Shown: piece by piece, positions 28,373 to 38,150 of the stretch
How positions within the stretch are numbered: position 1 is the first letter of the stretch
How the letters are laid out: every line of letters begins with the position of its first letter
NCBI GenBank assembly: GCA_016187025.1
Contig: JACPKM010000001.1
Span: 107,188 to 171,187 of the forward strand
Origin: Candidatus Daviesbacteria bacterium
Lineage (GTDB): Bacteria; Patescibacteriota; Microgenomatia; Daviesbacterales; UBA10151
Reading direction: 5' to 3'
Length of the DNA: 64,000 nucleotides
Notes under the pieces: generated by a model
The model's input: the letters and a program-made list of their open reading frames with translations, nothing else
The model's database searches: none
Told to the model about the DNA's origin: nothing
Program-made: the position numbers and the translations under genes

Positions 28373-29971
28373 GTGCTTTTTCTTACAAATTCAGCTATAC
28401 TATGGACATCAAATTCACCTTTTTCTGATATGGATGAGAATATATTACAAGAAGATATTGGGTCGGTTGTAGCAGATGAGTTCTCCCCTACTTTTGATTG
28501 CTTCAGAATAAAAGCGGATGCTAACAAGTATGTTTACCCAGGCACACTTGTTGCAACTCCCATTGATAAAAATCACTTCTTGATAGGTCGCATCAAATCA
28601 TCGTTGGAAGTAAATCCTCATGAAAGCGCTTCTCGTGCAAAAGTTAGAGAGGCATTGGATATCGAGCCAGATTATCCAGAAGAGAAACTTTCGACGAACA
28701 TATACCGTGTGTACGAGGCTGATGTTATTGAAGAAGGAATACTATCCAAAGAAGGTGAAGCAATAAAAATGGAGGTATCTGAACCTTCTGATATGCCAAA
28801 AGCGGGAGCTAGAGTATTTATCCCTACAGAAGAAGTTGTTGCGAATGCAATGGGGTTTTTGAGAGAAGAAGACAAGGCGTTAGTGTTAGGAAGAACAAAA
28901 ATAACCAATGGCGATGAAGATCAAGAAAATCCTAAGAATAACGTTCTCTTAAAACCATCACTAATTCAGAGGCATGTATTTGTTGGTGGCACAACTGGAA
29001 GTGGCAAATCATACGCCACAGGGGTAATTCTTGAAGAAGTTAATAAGTTTAAAATTCCTATAATAATTCTTGATTCGCAGAATGAATATATTGGACTAGC
29101 AGAAGGACTTGGAGGAGTTGTACTCAAGCCTGGAGATGATTATAAGGTCAGACTATCGTCTCTCACTGAAGGAGAAATCCTTGGGCTAGTCCCGACATTA
29201 CCTGAGGTAGGTCGTAATCTATTAGCCTTTACTTTTCTACAGTTAAAAAGAGAGATTATTCGTGGAGAAAGAGGAGGTTTTGGTTTGGACGACATTTTAA
29301 TTGAAATGTCTAATAATGCCCCCTCTCTTCAGGTAAACACAAATAGCCTTCAGATAGCATTACAACGAACTCGTTCCTCACTTGAAAGACATAGATTTTT
29401 AGGTGATGAGACTAACTGGAAAGATTTACTCAGAGATCAACCTGTTGTAAATATCGACTGTGGCGATTTGGATCAACACCAACTACAGCTTGTCATAGGC
29501 GCAACACTCCGAGAACTACAACATTTAAGAAAAAGTGTTGAGATTCCTCCGTATGTTGCAGTTCTAGATGAGGCACATTTACTTGTTCCCGAAGGTGAAG
29601 ATAGTCCTTGTAAACAGGTTATACGAGAAGGAGTAAGGATTGGCAGACATTATGGAATCTGTATGTTTTTAATTACTCAAAGCCCAGTTGATATCGATAA
29701 GAAAACAATTCGGCAATGTAATACTCGATTCATTTTTGCACTGGAGCCAGACCAACTCGAGTCGATTAAGGGCGTACGCGCAGATGCTACAGAAGATATG
29801 TTACAGCGCTTACCTAAAATGCCAGTTGGTACCTGCATATTATCTGGAACTTATGAGACTGTTAAGCATGCAATCCCCATAAAAATTCGCAAGAGGAATA
29901 TTGAATCAGGTGGTAAAACCCCCGATATATTTACAGAAATGACTGAGAAATGGATAAACAAGAAGAAATAA
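28373..29971 (+). CDS. HerA/FtsK-superfamily (DUF87-like) P-loop ATPase with ~190-aa N-terminal domain
   Basis: Walker A 'VGGTTGSGKS', Walker B 'VAVLDEAHLLVP', 'FLITQSP' sensor-like motif; an N-terminal HAS-barrel-like region is plausible. Confidence 0.7.
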   Translation: MLFLTNSAILWTSNSPFSDMDENILQEDIGSVVADEFSPTFDCFRIKADANKYVYPGTLVATPIDKNHFLIGRIKSSLEVNPHESASRAKVREALDIEPDYPEEKLSTNIYRVYEADVIEEGILSKEGEAIKMEVSEPSDMPKAGARVFIPTEEVVANAMGFLREEDKALVLGRTKITNGDEDQENPKNNVLLKPSLIQRHVFVGGTTGSGKSYATGVILEEVNKFKIPIIILDSQNEYIGLAEGLGGVVLKPGDDYKVRLSSLTEGEILGLVPTLPEVGRNLLAFTFLQLKREIIRGERGGFGLDDILIEMSNNAPSLQVNTNSLQIALQRTRSSLERHRFLGDETNWKDLLRDQPVVNIDCGDLDQHQLQLVIGATLRELQHLRKSVEIPPYVAVLDEAHLLVPEGEDSPCKQVIREGVRIGRHYGICMFLITQSPVDIDKKTIRQCNTRFIFALEPDQLESIKGVRADATEDMLQRLPKMPVGTCILSGTYETVKHAIPIKIRKRNIESGGKTPDIFTEMTEKWINKKK

Positions 29972-31554
29972 ATGGCGAATCATTATCTTTTGAGGAAACT
30001 CTATCTAGACTCGAAGCAGAGCGTAGAATTGATCCAATTATTGTCCAAACTGCAGACTACCTCTTAGCGGCTAGTATACTAAGTGGCGAAAAAGAACTCC
30101 TAAAACAAGCACGAGAAGCCCTCATGAAGGAAGATCCTCGAGAGCTATTCTTAAAGTTTATACAAGAGTGCATAAAAGATTTACAGACAGCCCCTAGAGC
30201 AGAGCGCTTTAAATATGCAACTTACTTGAATGATGTGGCAATTATGGGATTGGGTATTTGGCAAGAAGATATTGGTTTAACGGCAACAGGACAAGATGCT
30301 TTGAAATTTACTAGAGAGCCTAATTGGGAAAAGATAAAAGCACACATCAGTGAAGTAGTTTTTGGAGACTATTTTATTGAACAAGTATCAGTTCCAGTTG
30401 ATACCCAAATATGGGGAACCGAATTCCCTTTAAGAATGAGCGCCTGCGATGCCAGTCAACACAGATTTAAACTCAAAGCTCCTTTTAATAAAGCTTTCGC
30501 ATCACCCGTTGTCGTTAATAATGCAGGAGGAACTATTAAGACAAACGAAGTGGAGAAGCGCTGGACGCCAATCGCGGTACCTAAAAATACTGGAGATTAT
30601 GAGGATTGGGTAATTCTTGGTCCTCATGACTACGCCTACATGGAGGACGGAGACTATGAATGGGCAGTTAAATCGTCAATGGATGTAGGTGAATTTTTTG
30701 TAGAGGAGACATTTATTTTTAAACATGGTGGCCTTGCTAAAAAGCCAGATGTCCATTTTAGAGACGGTAGAATATACCCTCAGGATAAGCTCATGAATTG
30801 TAAAATCCAAAATAGGCATGGAGAACTCACACGGCAAGCATTATATAGGATGGTTACAACCTGTAAGACTGCAAATGATTTAAAAATTCTTTACTGCGGT
30901 GTGGCAAAACAGGTAGAGCTTAAAATATTTAGCACAATTATTGATTGGTATATTACCAAAGTGATTGGAAACACTCACTGGAACCCTACAGGAAAAGCCA
31001 TTACTGACTCAGAAATGATTCGATATATGCTGAACTGTGAAGATTTTAGCGCAAGAACATTTAATAAAATCTATGTTACATGCCAGGTTATGAGAAAATT
31101 TGAAGCAGCTTCTAATCTCAATAGAAGAACAAGACAACAAGCTCGCAACGATCTTGATAGTTTAAATCGTGTTCACCATAGTAGAGATATTACAGCAAGG
31201 GATATCGTAGAAGAAGCTTTAAAAGTAAATGTTGTTATGTTTTTTGCCGGACATTCCACAAACGATGAACTTTATATTCCCCGATATGAGTTTGTTATGC
31301 TACCCTTCATGAAGGTAGCGGAAATGAAGAATTATGTACTAAAGGTGTTATCTGCTTTAAGACTCGCTTCTTTTGATGTTGACGAAGACCATTTGCGAGG
31401 TCTTGACGAACCAATCACTACTCTTGTCCCAACCCCTCTTCTCGTTGCCCACGATATAAGCAAAAAAATGGGTGAAGAGTTAGCAGCAAATTTTGCGCAA
31501 AGAACAACAGCAGAATTGATATTGCGTATGAGACAAAAAAAAGATATCGTATAA
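29950..31554 (+). CDS. hypothetical protein (534 aa), translationally coupled to the ATPase
   Basis: Overlaps the ATPase gene by 22 nt; no recognisable family; no NurA 'DGS' motif found. Confidence 0.6.
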   Translation: MDKQEEINGESLSFEETLSRLEAERRIDPIIVQTADYLLAASILSGEKELLKQAREALMKEDPRELFLKFIQECIKDLQTAPRAERFKYATYLNDVAIMGLGIWQEDIGLTATGQDALKFTREPNWEKIKAHISEVVFGDYFIEQVSVPVDTQIWGTEFPLRMSACDASQHRFKLKAPFNKAFASPVVVNNAGGTIKTNEVEKRWTPIAVPKNTGDYEDWVILGPHDYAYMEDGDYEWAVKSSMDVGEFFVEETFIFKHGGLAKKPDVHFRDGRIYPQDKLMNCKIQNRHGELTRQALYRMVTTCKTANDLKILYCGVAKQVELKIFSTIIDWYITKVIGNTHWNPTGKAITDSEMIRYMLNCEDFSARTFNKIYVTCQVMRKFEAASNLNRRTRQQARNDLDSLNRVHHSRDITARDIVEEALKVNVVMFFAGHSTNDELYIPRYEFVMLPFMKVAEMKNYVLKVLSALRLASFDVDEDHLRGLDEPITTLVPTPLLVAHDISKKMGEELAANFAQRTTAELILRMRQKKDIV

Positions 31555-31556
31555 GT

Positions 31557-32612
31557 ATGGGCGATTTTGCCAATTCTGGATTCCGATATCCTTCAACCCG
31601 TTATACTGGTAGTAAGCGTAGATTCCTAGAGTGGATCAAAGAAAATTCCGATACTATCAAATTTGATACCGTTTTGGATTTGTTTGGAGGAACTGCAAGC
31701 GTAAGCCTACTGTTTAAAAGATATGGAAAACAAGTTTCTTATAACGACTTTTTGGCCTCAAATCAAATAGTTGCTAAGGCAATTGTAGAAAATGATGGCA
31801 TTACTATTTCAGATAAAGACCTAGCGTCGGTATTTTCGAAAACCCAGAAAAGATATCCTAATTTTATTCAAAACACCTATAAAAATGTTTTTTTTCTGGA
31901 TGAGGAGAATGCATGGCTCGATCAAGCAATCACTAATATTAACAAGATCGACAATGAGTATAAAAGAGCTATCCTTATGGCAAGCCTGTTCCAGGCCTGT
32001 CTAGCAAAACGTCCATTCAATCTTTTTCATAGAGCCAATCTATATATACGCACTAACGACGTAAAACGGACTTTTTGTAATAAAACAACCTGGGAAAGAT
32101 CATTTGAGGAGTTGGTAAGCAGATATGTTAAGGAATACAACAATGCAGTATTCTCAAATAAAAGAAATAACAGAGTAATTGGTGGTTATAACGCAGCGAA
32201 ATCTCCAAACGGCGTTGACTTAGTTTATATGGACCCTCCCTATTTCTCTGAACACATGACTCAAGGGACTAACTATCTAGCCTATTATCATTTTCTAGAA
32301 GGTTTAGCAGATTACAAAAACTGGAAAAACCGCTTAGGTAAAGATACAGGGAAAGTAAAAAGAATGGAAGACTCAGAAGAAGTTTATAGCTTTACTAGAA
32401 AGGATAGGGTCTTAGAAACATTTGAAAAACTTATAAAGAGATTTCAGCATACACAGCTTATTATCTCTTATCAAAGCAATGGAATCCCTTCAAAAGAACA
32501 AATCATTGAGATGTTGCACAATGGAGGCAAAAAGGTGAAGGTTTATGAAAAACCACATAAGTATGCCTTAAGTAGAAGACAAACTAACGAATTATTATTT
32601 GTTGCAACTTAA
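31557..32612 (+). CDS. Dam-like (D12 class, alpha-group) N6-adenine DNA methyltransferase
   Basis: N-terminal 'YTGSKRR...DLFGGTASVSL...YNDF' AdoMet region; catalytic 'VYMDPPY'; starts 3 nt after the upstream gene. Confidence 0.8.
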   Translation: MGDFANSGFRYPSTRYTGSKRRFLEWIKENSDTIKFDTVLDLFGGTASVSLLFKRYGKQVSYNDFLASNQIVAKAIVENDGITISDKDLASVFSKTQKRYPNFIQNTYKNVFFLDEENAWLDQAITNINKIDNEYKRAILMASLFQACLAKRPFNLFHRANLYIRTNDVKRTFCNKTTWERSFEELVSRYVKEYNNAVFSNKRNNRVIGGYNAAKSPNGVDLVYMDPPYFSEHMTQGTNYLAYYHFLEGLADYKNWKNRLGKDTGKVKRMEDSEEVYSFTRKDRVLETFEKLIKRFQHTQLIISYQSNGIPSKEQIIEMLHNGGKKVKVYEKPHKYALSRRQTNELLFVAT

Positions 32613-32684
32613 CTGGTTGACACCAAGAACCCTTATAAATATACGGAAATTTTATTTTCCTCCCAAGATGTTTTTCAACAGGTA

Positions 32685-32885
32685 TTGGAGATAGGCTTAA
32701 GCAGGGATAGAAGAATCCTTATACCAATACTTGATTATATCGGTGAACATGCCCCATTAACACGCGAACAGATTAGAGTAATTATAAAAGAACTCAACTT
32801 GATACTCTCTGTTAGGAATATTGCCGTGCTTAACTTTGATGAGATAAAGGCGCTGCTTGAAGAAATAGACTCCCCGGCTTCTTAA
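32685..32885 (+). CDS. hypothetical small protein
   Basis: ORF. Confidence 0.3.
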   Translation: MEIGLSRDRRILIPILDYIGEHAPLTREQIRVIIKELNLILSVRNIAVLNFDEIKALLEEIDSPAS

Positions 32886-32928
32886 ACAAACTGTGCATAG
32901 GATGATTTAAGCATCAAATAATCTAAGT

Positions 32929-33336
32929 ATGTATTTTAACAAAACAATTTTAATTCTTGAGGATAATTTAAAAGTATTATCTAAACTGCTAGATAAACTA
33001 TACACACTTGAAGGCAGTCAACCGAATGAATTAAGTCTAATTGTTCTAACTAACGGCCAACAGGTTCAGGATTATATAAACAGTAATCCTAAAGCAGAGT
33101 TTGATATCGCACTTCTGGATTTTGATGATAAATTAGGCCGCTCATTTCATGCGTTAGAGATTGAAAAGTTTGGAGCAGAAAAGATTATCGGCATATCAAG
33201 TGTGCCTAAATGGAATTATGAGGCTCAAAAAAGGGGTGTTACAAGGATAATTTTAAAGGATTATGCAAAGATGGATGAATTTGCGGATTTGGTAGTAAAG
33301 GAAATAAGTGAGATGATTAGAGAGCTTCCGGATTAA
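32929..33336 (+). CDS. stand-alone response-regulator receiver (CheY-like) domain protein
   Basis: 'ILILEDN...DIALLDFDD...' acidic pocket / phospho-acceptor arrangement. Confidence 0.5.
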   Translation: MYFNKTILILEDNLKVLSKLLDKLYTLEGSQPNELSLIVLTNGQQVQDYINSNPKAEFDIALLDFDDKLGRSFHALEIEKFGAEKIIGISSVPKWNYEAQKRGVTRIILKDYAKMDEFADLVVKEISEMIRELPD

Positions 33337-33400
33337 ATTACTATATAGGTTAGTTACTCAAAAGTATGTATTTAGCTTGTTCTGGTGAACCATACTGACT

Positions 33401-34165
33401 CTACTTGACGAATGATTGTTCAATAAAATAATTAATGCTCACAGCATATTCAGTTACCATTCTTGTGTCAAGAGTACGATAGTTATATTTTTCATTATCT
33501 TTTAATCGTTTTCTAAAATGCTCTTCATAGAATTTAGAAAAATCTACAAACTTCAAATACACCTCCCCGATTGTTTTTGCTAACGATTGAACCTCTTCTT
33601 CAACTTTATTACCGCGCATACGCTTTATCATAACCTGTCCTGAATTTTTCATTTCTGCATAAGCCCAAAAGTGCCTATGAAGAGAATCATCTCTTGTATC
33701 TCGCAGATGAGTAAACCATGACATATTATCTTTGAGATATGTTGCGTAAACGCTATCAAACCCTGGACGCTTATTAATAAACCAATCTATATGATCATTA
33801 AAAGAGTTTCTGGGAATAATACCATTCCTTTTATAAAACAGGGGTGTCAAATATGTTATTAGATCCATAATCATTCTAATCCAAACAAAAAAAGATTCAA
33901 AATCTATAGGCAAATAGATAAAATTCAGTGTGTAACTCTCTGTTGGTAAAATGTTTACCCCACTATCAACTCTAATTCTGTGCATAATTAGATGAAGATT
34001 AGAAATCCTCCTATCAATAGCAGTAGTCCCTTTGTGAGCTTGACCATAAGGAGTTTTTTGGTCAATTATTCCAGAGAAATGTTTAAAATCCTCTTTTGAA
34101 GATAGATAACCAGTTAGGTTAGGAAATATACTTTGAAAAGGAATGTACATTGGTCTAAGCTCCAT
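33401..34165 (-). CDS. hypothetical protein (254 aa), third gene of an XRE-ImmA operon
   Basis: ORF 14 nt downstream of the ImmA-like gene; no recognisable family. Confidence 0.6.
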   Translation of the reverse strand: MELRPMYIPFQSIFPNLTGYLSSKEDFKHFSGIIDQKTPYGQAHKGTTAIDRRISNLHLIMHRIRVDSGVNILPTESYTLNFIYLPIDFESFFVWIRMIMDLITYLTPLFYKRNGIIPRNSFNDHIDWFINKRPGFDSVYATYLKDNMSWFTHLRDTRDDSLHRHFWAYAEMKNSGQVMIKRMRGNKVEEEVQSLAKTIGEVYLKFVDFSKFYEEHFRKRLKDNEKYNYRTLDTRMVTEYAVSINYFIEQSFVK

Positions 34166-34179
34166 ATTTGTAAAATATG

Positions 34180-34701
34180 TTAGGAAGATCGCAAATAGGA
34201 ATACTTTTCAGCAAGCCTGAGAGTGTTTAAACGAACCCACAAAGCCTGCTTGCTGACTAAATACTTCCCAAGAAGCTGACTTTCGTCTATCCTATTTAAT
34301 GCTAAGTCGTTTTCCAGAAAATCTTTTGGCATCAATAATTCTGCTGCAAAAGAGTCCGCTTCCCTCTCCTGCTGAAAATGGTGATCATAGAATATTGTCT
34401 CATCCTCTATAAATGCGTTTTCAAAATGAGCGTGTCCGTTGATAAAATGGCCTAGTTCGTGACCAATGGTATAGCGTTGTAAAGTTACAGGATGCTTTTC
34501 ATTTACACCAATTGCTTTAACTCCGTTCTCAATTAAAACCATTCCTTTTCTCTTTTCAGGGAATGGGAAAGGTATAATCGTAAAACCTAGTATTTTAGCA
34601 ATCTTTTCTACATCAACAGGTGCTTCTAAAATACGAGCGGACTTAAGGAGGGTTTGAGCCTGAATTCTGTTAGAGCTACTCATTAGATTTATCTTTTGCA
34701 A
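34180..34701 (-). CDS. ImmA/IrrE-family metallopeptidase
   Basis: 'HELGHFINGH' HExxH zinc motif in the COG2856-like context; overlaps the upstream XRE gene. Confidence 0.75.
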   Translation of the reverse strand: MQKINLMSSSNRIQAQTLLKSARILEAPVDVEKIAKILGFTIIPFPFPEKRKGMVLIENGVKAIGVNEKHPVTLQRYTIGHELGHFINGHAHFENAFIEDETIFYDHHFQQEREADSFAAELLMPKDFLENDLALNRIDESQLLGKYLVSKQALWVRLNTLRLAEKYSYLRSS

Positions 34702-35029
34702 GCTCTCTTGCCAGTTTTATAAAATCATCTGAAACTTTATCTGCATACTTTTTTTCCTTTGGAGTTATATCCTTCGCATCTCTGCTTTGAACAAAAGAGG
34801 GGTGGGCTACGGAATTTCTTTCCTCAATGCTTAAAAATTCGGTTACCGGCACATCCAAAAAGTTCGCTATAACATAAAGATCCCTAACAGTCACATCTGT
34901 TTTTCCTCTTTCTATATCAGATATAGTTGCATGGGTTCTACTAAGTGCGACACCTAAAGCCTCCTGTGATTTCCCTCTTTCAATCCTTAGTTGACGGATT
35001 TTTGCTCCTAATTCTTCTTTTGTAATCAT
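34676..35029 (-). CDS. XRE-family HTH regulator
   Basis: 'SQEALGVALSRTHATISDIERGK'. Confidence 0.7.
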   Translation of the reverse strand: MITKEELGAKIRQLRIERGKSQEALGVALSRTHATISDIERGKTDVTVRDLYVIANFLDVPVTEFLSIEERNSVAHPSFVQSRDAKDITPKEKKYADKVSDDFIKLARELAKDKSNE

Positions 35030-35179
35030 TGTTTAGCTTTAAATATTGTAACACATACTTACAAGTAATCAACTGTTGTAAGTTTTATTGACAAATATCT
35101 GAATCTATTGTAAGCTATACTTAAACTATTACAGTTATTCTTACAATACAACTTAGAAATCTGAAAGGGGGTGATTAAA

Positions 35180-35305
35180 TTGGCAGCAAAAACAAGGACA
35201 GAAGGTAGAAACGCAAAAAACGGCAGATTTGTTAAGGATAGCTACGTAAAGCAACATCCTAACACTACAGTGCTTGAGCGGATCAAAAACCCTAATAAAG
35301 GTTAA
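35180..35305 (+). CDS. small basic protein (41 aa), TTG start
   Basis: Very strong RBS 'aaagggggtga' 9 nt upstream; peptide (M)AAKTRTEGRNAKNGRFVKDSYVKQHPNTTVLERIKNPNKG. Confidence 0.3.
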   Translation: MAAKTRTEGRNAKNGRFVKDSYVKQHPNTTVLERIKNPNKG

Positions 35306-35361
35306 GGATAAAAGAGGAAGGGAGCCACAATTCCCTTCCTCTATTCTTTCATTACTTACCA

Positions 35362-35571
35362 TTAAAAGTCAAACAATTGAAGAATCTTTACATCTAAAGC
35401 GTTAGCAATCTTCCATATGGTTTTTAACATTGGATCTCTATTACCATTCTCCAGCTCATTAATGGTAGTAAGATCCAACTTTGACTTTTGAGCCAAGGCA
35501 AGTTGAGACATCTTTCTCTGCTCTCGTAGCTTCTTAACCCTTTGTCCAAATCTCTCATTAACTGTAGCCAT
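35362..35571 (-). CDS. XRE-family (Cro/CI-like) regulator, paralog of 21888..22100
   Basis: 'MSQLALAQKSKLDLTTINELENGNRDPMLKTIWKIANALDVKILQLFDF' parallels the other module's regulator. Confidence 0.7.
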   Translation of the reverse strand: MATVNERFGQRVKKLREQRKMSQLALAQKSKLDLTTINELENGNRDPMLKTIWKIANALDVKILQLFDF

Positions 35572-35680
35572 ATATTAAAAAAGTATGGCGCAGATGCCAT
35601 ACTTGCGATATGGCGAGGATGCCAAATTTGGTGCTTGTCCTCTAGCTAAAAATTACATAAAATAGCATTGTAGTATTTCT

Positions 35681-36391
35681 ATGCGTACTTGGTATAAAAA
35701 ATCAATTGTTATTATTGGTTCAATTATTCTTTTCTTCCCTGTGGGATTATTTCTAATGTGGAAATATGCAGGATGGAATAAAAAGGTTAAGTGGGCAATT
35801 ACCTCTTTATTTGCCTTTGTAATCCTAATAAGCTTAATTCCAAGTAAACAGGCTATTGTCCCAACAACCGCCACTCCACCCCCTACACAAAACCCCTCTC
35901 CTAAGCCTACTCTTAAACCCCTATCTTCCCCTGTTCCTGCAGTTAAACCAGCAAATGAAGCTGTTTCTTCAACATTAGAGAAGATAGAAAAACTTGTAGC
36001 TGAAAAATATCCTAACTTTGAAGTAACAATTTGGAACAAGGACTCGGAATTAGCCACTGAGGGTGAAATTCCATACGAAGTTATTCTTAATGGTTCATTT
36101 AATGAAACTGCGTCCAGCTGCGATGCTGCAAAGAAGGCTTCCTACTACATGTTAGAAACTTTCTATAAGGATAATGAGATAAGACCTATTCTAAGCCGGG
36201 TATTAATTACCTTCCCTTATTACTTAAGAGTCAGTTTAGGCGCAAGTGATGGGGTGTCTATGGCAGAAGGTAGTGGCTTTTCTGGTCCAACTAATTTCTG
36301 GAAAGTTGTTGAAAGTGCGGGAATGGGTGAGAACGAGCAGGGAGAGATGGAAGCTCGTAGCTGGGCAGTCTATCTGACCCGGTGTAAATAG
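35681..36391 (+). CDS. membrane-anchored/secreted protein with Pro/Thr-rich linker
   Basis: N-terminal TM helices, 'PTTATPPPTQNPSPKPTLKPLSSPVPAVKP' linker. Confidence 0.55.
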   Translation: MRTWYKKSIVIIGSIILFFPVGLFLMWKYAGWNKKVKWAITSLFAFVILISLIPSKQAIVPTTATPPPTQNPSPKPTLKPLSSPVPAVKPANEAVSSTLEKIEKLVAEKYPNFEVTIWNKDSELATEGEIPYEVILNGSFNETASSCDAAKKASYYMLETFYKDNEIRPILSRVLITFPYYLRVSLGASDGVSMAEGSGFSGPTNFWKVVESAGMGENEQGEMEARSWAVYLTRCK

Positions 36392-36502
36392 GCTCTCACA
36401 CCTTATTTCTATTTATTAATAATCTATTACCATAATCAATTATCACAGGGCTAAAAACCACCCTTAAGACGGTGAGATTGGTGATTGACCACAGATTGAG
36501 GT

Positions 36503-36564
36503 GTCTCAAAAACTAGTGGCATATTTGTGGCTAAAATGCCACAGTAGGAGGGAGTTTTTGAGAC
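36503..36564. repeat. nested perfect inverted repeats (12-bp gtctcaaaaact/agtttttgagac around 7-bp gtggcat/atgccac) in a 444-nt non-coding region
   Basis: Read directly from the sequence; three 'ggctaaaa' and three 'gattg' short repeats nearby. Confidence 0.6.
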
Positions 36565-36835
36565 AGTTTTGACAAATCCAGGGGGAATGATGGCTCAAGT
36601 AGGTTAAAAAGATTCCATAATGCACTATAGAATCTTTTTAATAAACCAATCTTCTCGTATTTATTTCAATTTTATTTAAAGCTATTAAAAATCTCTGATG
36701 GTCATAAAGTTCTCCCTAAAATTAGGGCATATTTTGAGGCTAAAAACACTAAAAGAAGGGGGATATTTGGGAGAGGTGTTGTGCCTGAAGCATATATTTG
36801 TTAACTCTCTCCCAGGTCTCTATAATCGCTCTTAG

Positions 36836-37681
36836 ATGAAGATTGAGAAAAAATATAGGTTTATTGATATCCAGGGAAGTGATTTTGGCAAACTAACCGA
36901 TATTGCCTATCTTGTTGATAATTTATATTTTCTAGATAAAGTTGAGGAAATAAGAGAAAAACTCGGTCTGACTTTTGAGTACCCCCTGTCCAAAACAGAT
37001 GAGGAAAAGATTGACAAGATGTTTGAATACAAAAATAAAGAGCTAAATGAAAACCTTTCTAAAGAAGCTGAAAGAATTAGAAAACTTTTTAAAATGCCGC
37101 CCCATTTTAGAGAAGTCATACAGATTGCAATTATTTATGGAAAAATTAATGACTTTAATTACTCAAAAGCATACTTGGAAAAACAAGAAATTACACCTAC
37201 TAATGATCCTAACGAAGTACCGGATATTAAATACTGCATTGTTATCCATTCAGGTACAGGAATTGAAGATATTAAGAAAGTATTTAGGAAATTTCAGGAT
37301 GAAGTAAGAATAAACTTCAAAGCATCAGAAGAAGAAAAGCACAGGTACAATTTTGGTTATTGGCTTGAATTTGGTTTGACCAGACCAATGGATCCAAAAA
37401 CCAGTATCACTGATCTCCGCCCCTTATATCATCTTAGAAGGAATGGGATGAAGCCTTTGGAAATTGCACTAAAAGATTTAAGAATATCTAAAAAACAATA
37501 TAAAGAGGCTTTAGAGGGATGTAGGCTGAATAATAAAGGCAGACTGGACAATAAAGAGAAAAGTAAAAGATATGATGAATGTGATGCTTTAATTGTAAGG
37601 GTTCAACAAAGAAGAGATAGTATTAAGTCCCTTATAAAGCGATATATTGACTTTCTTAGTGCTCCAAATTCATTATTGTAA
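36836..37681 (+). CDS. hypothetical protein (281 aa)
   Basis: ORF. Confidence 0.5.
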   Translation: MKIEKKYRFIDIQGSDFGKLTDIAYLVDNLYFLDKVEEIREKLGLTFEYPLSKTDEEKIDKMFEYKNKELNENLSKEAERIRKLFKMPPHFREVIQIAIIYGKINDFNYSKAYLEKQEITPTNDPNEVPDIKYCIVIHSGTGIEDIKKVFRKFQDEVRINFKASEEEKHRYNFGYWLEFGLTRPMDPKTSITDLRPLYHLRRNGMKPLEIALKDLRISKKQYKEALEGCRLNNKGRLDNKEKSKRYDECDALIVRVQQRRDSIKSLIKRYIDFLSAPNSLL

Positions 37682-37884
37682 ACACTTAACTCCTTCCTAT
37701 CTACAACCCATACTTTTCTAATTTCAGGATCTAAAATAAACCCAAATGCTGGGAAATATTGAAAACAAATCCAAGATTGACTATCAAAAGCAGATTGAAC
37801 TTGCAGCGGAACAGCTAGCTCAAATCTTAATCCAGCAGGTCATAAGTAAAAATAACCAGATTAAAAACAAAATTAATAATAAAT

Positions 37885-38136
37885 ATGGAGAATCAAACAG
37901 ATAATTTTTCAACATCAGACATAAAAATTGCAAGCTATCTTCTAAGTAAAGGCATATCACTTATTGGGGTCGAGAGACCACAGGTCAGAAAAGTTATTTT
38001 TGTCTTCGAAAAGTCCAATTTAATCACACAATTAATCCAAGATTATTTATCAGATAAAGCAATCGTAAATCCGAGAGTTTTGTTTGAAAGTTTTGCAAAC
38101 CTGAAAAGTATTATTTTTAGAGAAATAGGGATTTAA
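37885..38136 (+). CDS. DUF5659-like small protein (paralog of 24290..24547)
   Basis: See 24290. Confidence 0.55.
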   Translation: MENQTDNFSTSDIKIASYLLSKGISLIGVERPQVRKVIFVFEKSNLITQLIQDYLSDKAIVNPRVLFESFANLKSIIFREIGI

Positions 38137-38150
38137 AGACAAGTAAAGAA

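Noticed and set aside
28373-29971. Calling the ATPase a conjugative coupling protein (VirD4/TraG) or VirB4
   Set aside because: There are no N-terminal TM helices and no neighbouring T4SS genes. The N-terminal soluble domain plus DEAH-type Walker B is more HerA-like. The partner genes are an MTase and an unknown protein.
35153-35362. ORF-track CDS on the minus strand (69 aa, Cys-rich)
   Set aside because: No RBS and low-complexity translation; it is antisense to a better small ORF with a strong RBS at 35180..35305.
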